A stretch of 64,000 bases of DNA from Octopus sinensis (taxonomy: Eukaryota), in contig NC_042997.1 in NCBI RefSeq assembly GCF_006345805.1, positions 25,916,001 to 25,980,000 of the forward strand, given 5' to 3'. The notes under the pieces are model-generated. The model saw nothing but the letters and a program-made list of their open reading frames with translations. It was not told the origin of the DNA and ran no database searches. The position numbers were made by a program, and so were the translations under genes. The stretch's first letter is position 1; each line of letters opens with the position of its first letter. Shown here in pieces: positions 54,766 through 64,000 of the stretch.

Positions 54766-54789
<24 letters not shown>

Positions 54790-54825
<36 letters not shown>

Positions 54826-54870
54826 TGTGCGTGCGTGTGTGTATGTATGTGTGTGTGTGTGCGTGTGTGT

Positions 54871-54953
<83 letters not shown>

Positions 54954-54970
54954 TGTGTGTGTGTGTGTGT
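54790..54970. repeat. (TG)n microsatellite
   Basis: Direct reading. Confidence 0.95.
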
Positions 54971-54984
54971 AGATAGATACATAT

Positions 54985-55172
54985 TAGTCTCAAATTTTGG
55001 TTCAAATCTTGCAATTTCGAAGGGGCAAGTCGATTACATTAACCCCAATGCTCAACTGACTTATTTTATTAACCCCGTAAGAATAAAATTTAAAGCTGAC
55101 CTCGGCGGAATTTGAACTAAGAACGGACCGAATGTCCTGTGTACTAATGAATCTGCCAGTTCGACGCCTTTA
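54985..55172 (-). mobile_element. Diverged SINE family C copy
   Basis: GACCTCGGCGGAATTTGAAC and CTGCCAGTTCG blocks. Confidence 0.7.
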
Positions 55173-55747
55173 GATAAACATATGTTTGCGTCAAAGTATA
55201 TTTTCACTGGCAAAAGTGAGTGGAAATATATGTGAATTTTAATGCCTGAGTCCTTCTACGAGATTTTAGTCAAAGTACATGATCTGGAACCAGACAATCG
55301 TTTTATAGAGAATTATATTATAGCATTATACAGATATCTCTGTACGTTATATACATATGTGTTTGTGTATGCGCGCGCGTTAGTGTAAGTGGACATGTGT
55401 ATGCTTATATGTATATCAAAGAGGGAGAAATGGAGAGTAACAAAAGGAGTGGGAGATTTCTTTGCCAATTCTTCTACCCATTATTTATTTTCCATTGTGT
55501 TGCATTTGTAAACTAATATTCCTTCTTCCTACAATAGATCCGCTGAAGTATCATCACCTATGTCACAGCTGTCTCTTCAAATACGCAAGTCTTTAGTGAA
55601 TGGTCGGTTATAGCATATCTATCTATATTGTTTTTCATTGAAAACTCGTAGGCCTATAGATGTACATATACATGCATACCCTACATAACCAAATATATAC
55701 ATATACATGCATGCACACACATACACAAACTTCTCGATATACATGGC

Positions 55748-55800
<53 letters not shown>

Positions 55801-55963
55801 ATATATATATATACATACATACATATAGATAGATAGATAGATAGATAGATAGAGAGAGGGAGGGAGAGACACCTAGATAGGTAAAATAGATCTATACAAA
55901 AACAATATAAAATACATTCTTACACACAGTCTGGTATACACTCACGTGCACTCATATATAAAC

Positions 55964-55994
<31 letters not shown>

Positions 55995-56128
55995 TGTACG
56001 TATGTATGTATGAATGAATGAATGTATGTATATATATATATATATATATATACATACATATATATATATATAGAGAGAGAGAGACGTACACATGCACACA
56101 TACACACGCATGTATATATTATATATAT

Positions 56129-56170
<42 letters not shown>

Positions 56171-56534
56171 TAACTATACGTCAGTGCCCATGTATATGTG
56201 TACACCAGCCACATCTACTTCTGTTAACACGCCTTGCAGCTATATGTCTACTTATTCATTGTGTTAAAACTTGGTTGAGTTTTGTTCTATTGATTCTCTT
56301 ACTCCTTGTCAATAGGCGAAACCTGATATTTTCTTAGCTCTTGACCACCATTCTAGATTTGGAGCAAACAATGATGGCTTTCTTTTAGATTTTCTTAAAA
56401 GTGGATTAACTTAGAATTCCTTATATATTTTTTCGCTTGGTCTCATGATTTAACCTAATTCACAATCGCATACGTTTCTTATATAACTAACATTCTATCA
56501 AAGAATTAATGGTTTGAATTATGATGTGAATTCC

Positions 56535-56603
<69 letters not shown>

Positions 56604-56605
<2 letters not shown>

Positions 56606-56919
56606 AGAGTTTCGCAACAAATTGCTTCACCACACCGAAAATGTAGAAATAGCACCCGACGACAGCTATTCCTTTCACTACAAATATGACTCCACACACA
56701 ATATTTGTAACTCACATACGCAAAAAGAAGAAAAAATAACGGAATCAGTCTTCGATTAATTATAGACGCGTTTCTGGGTTAGAATAATAAAAATTCATTT
56801 CCTTCATCTACATAATATTTCGAGAATTATAAATTTGAAAAGGCTAAATGAAAAAAAGGAAAGAGCTGCTATTTCTAAATTTTCGGTATGTGGTGAAGCA
56901 ACTTGTTGCTAAACCTTTA
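56604..56919. mobile_element. ~316-bp element with ~50-bp inverted terminal arms in (TA)n
   Basis: GCAACAA(A/G)TTGCTTCACCACA..CCGAAAAT(G/T)TAGAAATAGCA at the left end and, inverted, at the right end. Confidence 0.75.
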
Positions 56920-57121
56920 ATTATATTTATGATGATATATATAAAAAAACTTTTTGTACAAGTTTTTACCGATAATAGGTTTTTTCTGTCCATACCGAAA
57001 CTATTTGTTAAAATTTATTAATTATTGAATTAATAATTTTTTACCCTATATCTGTAAATGTGCCAATTTTAAGCCATTTAACACCTTACTACGTTCACAC
57101 AACTTACATTCATTTTTATTC

Positions 57122-57247
57122 TCCCTTCTTCTTCTTCTTCTTCTTCTTCTTCTTCTTCTTCTTCTTCTTCTTCTTCTTCTTCTTCCCTTCTCCTCCTCCT
57201 CCTCCTCCTCCTCCTCTTTCTTCTTCTTCTTCTTCTTCTTCTTCTTC
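57122..57247. repeat. (TTC)n/(TCC)n tract
   Basis: Direct reading. Confidence 0.95.
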
Positions 57248-57449
57248 CCTACCAAGAATTCACAACGATCTTGAACCCACAAGAGTAAACAAGAGAGACA
57301 GAGAAAGGCAGAAACAAGGAAACTGTCACTTATATTTGAACACTATACAAATATTGTTTTAAAAAAACTTTTCTTTGAATTTTTCTAAATTTAATTATTT
57401 AATTGTTACAGTTGAAAAAGTCTCAATGACTGAAACCGGTACTAAAAAC

Positions 57450-59058
57450 TCTCTCTATATAAAAGGCAGTTCGTCTGTCTGTCTGTCTGTCTGTCTGTCA
57501 GGTTATACCTTTACCCTGAACACGGCTTTCAACCGATTCTAATGAACCGTGCCACACTCATAGCCCAATGTCATAATTCAAAACTAACGCAGCGAAAATT
57601 TTGAAAAGTTCCCCCAGTTCTGAAAAAAATCGATAAATTCGACATGGGGTCGAGAATCTAAGCTTATCATATGCAACACATTTTCCGTTGTAGTTTTCGC
57701 AAATGGCAATCGATTTTCACCAAACTCATGGTGAAGCTTAATGTTACCCTAAGGAACTTAGTTCTGACGTTACGTTTCCATGCAATACCTTACCATCAGG
57801 AAAAATCGATAAAATCATGCCATTTTGGGAAATCGCGTTCAAATTCAAGATGACATATTTTCGACAATATCTTTAACAAATTTGCAGGAATTTTTTTGAA
57901 ATTCACAGCGAGCATCATGTCTGCTCCAAGGAGCTATATGGCCCTTTTGATTCCAATAGGATACGTTATAACTGGAAAAAATCGGTTAATTACATCATAT
58001 GTGGCACACATAGCAGACCGATTTTTCTGCGATATTTTTTGAAAGTTCACATAGATTTTCCCTACACCGATGTTGGACATCAAGTTTGCATTAAATGTCA
58101 AATTAACGACCTCTTGTCAATGCAGTTAATGAGTATTGGGAGAAATTGACAAAACCATATCACTTTGAGACTAACCATGCGAACCCTACAAAACTGAATT
58201 TTGTTAAATAGTTGGCGGATTTCAGGTGATTTAGTCGATTTTGCCGCTTTTATCATAAAGGTTACTAGAAATGGCATATGTTTTCCTTTTGCTTCAAATC
58301 CGAGCAATGTTGGGCTATAGATTCGTTTGCGGTTGTGTGCGCACGTGCGCGCGTGTCCTTGACACGATGATTGCAGCTCTTCCCATTGGCTCCCCAAACG
58401 GTGTACAATGCTCTCAATTAAACACCCTTTGGCCAATCACATGCACTGACACACTCAGTTGTGCGCGTATAGTTTGTGACTCCCACTTCTTCTCTCGGTT
58501 CACACCCGCTCGCTTCACACGTTGGCCTATTTCTGCTAATCGCTGCTGCAGCCGCAAGTATTTCGAATACTTTTTTTTATTTAAACTTTCTTTATAACTA
58601 CCACCCCAAACGTTTTACCTTAAATTTTTGACGTACCCTAAGGGTGCTCGGACGCTACTTGCAAACTCTTGGTTTATTATAAGCCGTTTTGTCGTGTGCA
58701 CCAAAAAACCTTTTCCATTCGTTTGTTCAGTTTGGTCACTTTTCGCTTTTTCGTTGTTGTCACTCACATTGCTGCCCGCTTTTTTTCCGTTTTTGTACAT
58801 TTTTATACATTTTGGGATACTTACCCCACGTAACTGGGTTGGGTGTGCTAGCTAAACAAAATCAGAAAATGCACTTTGACTGTCATAGATTTTCTCCATG
58901 CATGCAAGGGAACGGTGCCTTGAATGCCTTAATGCCTTTTAGGCTTCATTTTACAAAATAACGGTTCAATGAGTACAAAAAAGGGTAAAAGGGTAAAGGG
59001 CATTGCTTATCGACAAAAGTTTCTTACATACCCGGGCAACGCCGGGCTATGCTGCTAG
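57450..59058 (+). mobile_element. ~1.6-kb non-autonomous Helitron
   Basis: 5' TCTCTATATAAAAGG followed by (GTCT)n; 3' CCCGGGCAACGCCGGG hairpin and CTAG|T. Confidence 0.8.
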
Positions 59059-59088
59059 TTATTATTATTCCTATCATTATTATTATTA

Positions 59089-59124
<36 letters not shown>

Positions 59125-59626
59125 TATTATTATTATTATCTCCTTTGCACTCAACTTTTTTTTTCAAGTCGTTTTACCATGTTGGACAGTTGAACTCTGC
59201 ACATATTTTTGCTCTCGTTTTTTTTTTCCTTCTTGTCATTCTCTCTCATTCCTTTTTTCTCCTCAATCTTTGCTGTGCAAGAGCGTACACTCGAAACATA
59301 AAATACTTTTCCATTTTCCCGTGCGTTAAGCTACTAGAGCTACCAGTTCTTCTTACACCTGTAAATTTGAACTATATGTCTGTATGTGTGTGTGCGTGCA
59401 TGCGTGGGTGTGTATGTGTGTGTATGTTTGTGTGTATGTGTGTGTATATGTACATATATATACACACATATACATGCTTACATACATCCAAAACAGACGA
59501 GAGAGGGAAATATGATGTATATGATGTGATTGATATTGAACTAACAGGCAACATGTAAGCCAGATACAACAGGAAAACAGAATGCAGGCCTGCCAGTATA
59601 AACTTTAGAACAGATTGAAAAACAGT

Positions 59627-59691
<65 letters not shown>

Positions 59692-59692
59692 T

Positions 59693-59797
<105 letters not shown>

Positions 59798-59887
59798 AAA
59801 TACTTTGTCGTGAACCGAAATATTAATGCCGATTTATCATGATAATTTAAATGGAAGAAAAAACGAAGGGCAGGCGCGTAAACTTAC

Positions 59888-59954
59888 GTTCTATGGATGA
59901 CAGGCAGGTGGTAGTCAATGTTGATGAAAGTGTTTCCTTTCGGAAAGGAATATG
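59888..59954 (-). CDS. Candidate 67-bp internal coding exon
   Basis: GAATAG acceptor immediately after an in-frame stop, GTAAGT donor, open frame YSFPKGNTFINIDYHLPVIHR. Confidence 0.35.
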
Positions 59955-60412
59955 CTATTCAAATAACATTGGAATGTGCATCTGCCTAAGAGAATTATGA
60001 CGATGGCTATTCCAAGAAATTAAGAATTTTGCAGTTATACATAAACTATGTAAAATGGTGGTGACAGTAGAAACAACATAGTTGAAGTAGTAACTCTTCT
60101 TTATATATCGTGATAGACAGCGTTAGTTACATGCTCACGCATATATATGCATGAATGGAAACACTCGTTCTTAGACACATACACACTCAGGCTCGCACAC
60201 ACGCGTTTGGATGCGTGTGTGAGCCTGTGGGTACACATACACTGCATACACAGTTATATATGTGTATGCATGTATGTGTGTGTGTGGGGGGGGGTGATTG
60301 CGTGCGTGGTGCGTATGTGTGTATTTATATAAATTTGTGACTGATTTTCTGTTATTGTAAATGATATTTTTTCTATGTATGTTTACACGCACTTACGCGT
60401 ATGCATGTGTCA

Positions 60413-60489
<77 letters not shown>

Positions 60490-61321
60490 CATAGATTGAC
60501 TGATTGATAGATATATCAAATATATATATATATATTATATATATATATATACATATATATATACATATATACATATATATATACATATACATAGATTGAC
60601 TGATTGATAGATATATCAAATATATATATATATACATATACATATAGATAGATAGATACATACATACATAGATCAAATACGGTGGGGTTTGGGAGAGAAC
60701 TGTTTGGAAATTCGTGTCCCCATTACACAATTGGAAATAATTTCATCCACTCTATTTGAATTAAAACAAAACAAATTCGAGAAGATTTGCAATTTGAAAA
60801 AAAACACCAGACTAGAAATTGAAAATTTTATATTTTATTCGTGATTTTGTAAGTGATTTGGCGTAAAAAAAATTTGCTCTCACTTTTGTGATATTACTGG
60901 ATTTCTTAGCTATTTACAATAGCATTTTCAGGCAAAGAAAATCTAGATATTTTATTGCTCTGACTTCAGAAAATGTATAAATTTAAGTTAACCGTAGATT
61001 GAAGTGGGAATTGAATACAGATTCTATGGCACACCATACAGAATTCTATAATTCCAATATTGAGCAATCTCTTTTGTCAGCGTTTAAAAGACGAGGATTG
61101 TGCATATGAGACTATATGCGTATGCTATATATATAATCGGTGTTTAGGCTAAATTTGACAATTATTTACATTTTTTTCTTCGGGAAGAGTTTGATGTATT
61201 GGTTAACACTCAACGTTGTTGGAAAGCATAATGGTTAAAGTTGAAGTTGAGAAAAAGTTAGTTGACATGGTGTATTGGAAACTATCAGAATATTATAAGA
61301 GAGTTACCTGTATCATAACTG

Positions 61322-61543
61322 TTTCTTTATTGCCCACAAGGGGCTAAACATAGAGGGGACAAGCAAGGACAGACAAACGGGTTAAGTCGATTACATCGAC
61401 CCCAGTGCGTAACTGGTACTTAATTTATCGACCCCGAAAGGATGAAAGGCAAAGTCGACCTCGGCAGAATTTGAACTCAGAACGCAACGACAGACGCAAT
61501 ACCGCTAAGCATTTCGCCCGGCGTGCTAACGTTTCTGCCAGCT
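61322..61543 (-). mobile_element. SINE family C, C1-type tail
   Basis: Near-identical to 48234-48467. Confidence 0.88.
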
Positions 61544-61649
61544 GTATCATAACGACTCGCGCCGGGTATCAAAATATTGATATCATGGCTCCTACTCAAT
61601 GATCGGGGAACACTCTAAAGCTGTAATTCGTGACAGGGACACATTAACC

Positions 61650-62110
61650 GGAAACTACGCAGTTTTGGTCAACAATAAGAGACACAGCTGACCTTCTGCC
61701 TGCGTCTCCTCGCTGGAGTTCATCCAACAATTGATTAACAGGGCCTCAGATGCAGTTCAGACGGCTTTGTAAAGCTGCTGCTGAAGATTGTGGTTCTACC
61801 TGGGCCTAAGAGCGTTGCTGCTGAAAAGCCATATATGTTGCCTCAGCATTCGACTCCTTGTCTTACACCCGAAAAGTGTCAGAAGTGGTTCACAGAGAAT
61901 TTCTACGATTTCATTCACTTGCCCCAATTTCTGACATCTTTATACACCTGATGGTCATCCTAGGGATTATTCTGTGTAGGGTGCGGTTGAGAAAGACGAA
62001 CAAGCTTTGAAATGGTGGTCAAAATGAAGATGCTCGATCTTCCTGGGAAACCTATGAGGAGCGCATGGCCCAAATTTCGGAGTCGTCTTGAGGTGGCCAC
62101 TTCGAGTAAA
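61650..62110 (+). mobile_element. Second Tc1/mariner DD37D-like transposase relic
   Basis: GLR..DGFVKLL..VVLP..VAA.KPY..QHS.PC..CQKWF.ENFYDF..DY..GAVEKD..FRSRLEV. Confidence 0.75.
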
Positions 62111-62171
62111 CTGTTATCTACCAGCGGTAATCTGTTCGATATTTATTATTTATCATTTATTATTATTATTA

Positions 62172-63095
62172 TACTATGTTTGACTTTTGCTTTATGTCTG
62201 TACAAGTTGGCTCCAAGTCTCACCCAGAGACCTCAAGAGACAACAGGTTGGAAGTTCTGTGCCATATATTTGGGTTTTTTTTTGGGGGGGGGGGTTTGTG
62301 TTGTACTAGTAAATGTCTAATACATAAAAAAGGAAAAAAAATGTTTGTTTTAAACCTTGGGATTACATAGAGAGTATTTTGCGTAGGATATGAGCAGTTC
62401 CCATAAGCACTATCTTTTGAATTTCTGCCATTTTGGGGTTTCCTGGTATCTGAGTTAGGTAGCAATCAGTCCCTTTCGCTATCATTCCCAGGGCACCTAT
62501 GACAACAGGTATTGTTTTAGTCTTCAGCTTCCACATTTTGCTGATTTCTATTTCAAGATCTTTATATTTGCTCAGTTTTTGGTAGGTCTTGACAGATACG
62601 TTTATATCGATTGGGACAGTCATATCAATGAGGAGGCATGTTCTTTGTCTGAAGTCTTTCAATATGATGTCTGGCCTATTTACAGCTATCTTCCTGTCAG
62701 TTTGAATGGTGAAGTTCCAGAGGAGTGAGATGTGGTCATTTTCAAGCACTGGAGGTGGATTGTGTTCCCACCAGTTTTTTCATGGGGCAAATCCAGGTTT
62801 TTGCAAATTACCCAGTGAATATATTGTGCAGCTCTATCATGCCTATTGGGGTACTCTGTAGGCGCTAGAAGACTGCATTTAGAGACAACATGATCAATGG
62901 TTTCATTTTGTTGTCGGCATACACGACATGTTGGGCTACTGCCGTTCTTTAATATGTTGGCCTGGTAGTTTCTTGTTGGTAGGCATTGATCTTGAGCTGC
63001 TATGATAAACCCCTCTGTTTCAGATTTTAAGCCAGAGGCCATTAGCCATTGATGGGTCAGGGCTTTGTCGATATCTGCATTATTCACTCTCTTTA
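62172..63095 (-). mobile_element. Well-preserved R4/Dong-like RLE LINE 3' fragment
   Basis: CRVCRQQNETIDHVVSKC, RHD, NRPDII..LIDMTVP..KLSKYKDL, GTAHILRK; one frameshift; (TAA)n on both sides. Confidence 0.92.
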
Positions 63096-63169
<74 letters not shown>

Positions 63170-63210
63170 TATCATCATTATCATTATTATCATCATCATT
63201 ATTATTATTA
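63096..63210. repeat. (TTA)n microsatellite
   Basis: Direct reading. Confidence 0.95.
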
Positions 63211-63319
63211 ATTTGCTTTAAAATTCTTTTAAACTTGGATTGGATATTTTGCGTTTTCTTTTCCTTTAATGTAAACTGGTAAATATAAACCGAATATACA
63301 CTGTGTGTGTGCGTGCGTG

Positions 63320-63351
<32 letters not shown>

Positions 63352-63577
63352 TATACAGAGAGAGAGAGAGAGAGAGAGGAGGGAGATTGCTAAATCTATA
63401 GATTGATAGGTACATGTGTATGCGTATGTATGTGAACGCACGCATGTCTGGGTGAGTGTTTGTATGTGCATGTGTGTGTGCATGTATATATGAGTGTAAG
63501 TGTGTGTTATGTATACATGGGCTGAATCATCGACGTAAGATGCAGAAAATACTAAAAGTATGATCACATTAACTTAC

Positions 63578-63704
63578 AAAATTTAGGTGATGCAACATCG
63601 GTGGTAAATATATTTGTAAGCATTTCCGGTACAATATCTGCTTCAAACAATGAAGCAAATATTGAACTTTTGTCTTTTTTTTTTTCTTTTTTAAGCATAC
63701 GCTC
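63578..63704 (-). CDS. Candidate coding exon (acceptor choice uncertain)
   Basis: TCTTTTAAG acceptor, GTAAGT donor, open frame ERMLKKEKKKDKSSIFASLFEADIVPEMLTNIFTTDVASPKF. Confidence 0.3.
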
Positions 63705-63902
63705 CTTAAAAGACGATTCCACATAGTTCAATTCGGGGAATCTCAAACCTCAGGAATACCCAAAATGGAACTTATACGCCATCTTTCATATGAGGGTCAT
63801 CAATAGAAATGGTAGCATATACAAAACATCTTCCAAATCAGGAAAATGTCACGCAATATTCGATTTCTGCTTTCAGATTTTAAATTGAAATATGCATATT
63901 AT

Positions 63903-64000
63903 AGGCGCAGGAGTGGCCGTGTGGTAAGTAGCTTGCTAACCAGCCACATGGTTCCGGGTTCAGTCCCACTGCGTGGCCGACCAATGCCTTGTGAGTGGAT
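63903..64000 (+). mobile_element. SINE family B 5' part with internal deletion, runs off window end
   Basis: AGGCGCAGGAGTGGCCGTGTGG..GGGTTCAGTCCCACTGCG. Confidence 0.85.

Noticed and set aside
60481-60630. ~50-bp direct duplication within TA repeats
   Set aside because: Ordinary slippage duplication in a microsatellite

Overview
AT-rich, microsatellite-dense animal genomic DNA. It is most likely octopus/coleoid cephalopod, inferred from the tRNA-derived SINE families and the TA/GATA/TTA tract density. No intact long protein-coding gene is visible, and nearly all listed ORFs are microsatellite artefacts or decayed transposon pieces. Retroelements: APE-RT LINE fragments (CR1/L2-group and RTE), six R4/Dong-like restriction-like-endonuclease (RLE) LINE insertions mostly lodged in (TAA)n tracts, and a Penelope-like GIY-YIG fragment. 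DNA transposons: two DD37D-type Tc1/mariner relics, a mariner 5' end, a mariner MITE and several non-autonomous Helitrons. Three SINE families (called A, B, C here) occur in many copies. The most unusual items are a ~540-bp tandem array with A-B-A-B-A structure related to an inverted-repeat element elsewhere in the window, a ~208-bp element with 13-bp flanking direct repeats and a degenerate hammerhead motif, and a LINE/SINE shared 3' stem-loop with a compensatory change. Also notable are long hairpins and inverted SINE pairs, a solitary tRNA-like cloverleaf (anticodon GGT), and three phase-compatible candidate exons of an unidentified minus-strand gene. All translations, alignments and folds were done by eye, and TE boundaries without a target-site duplication (TSD) are approximate.
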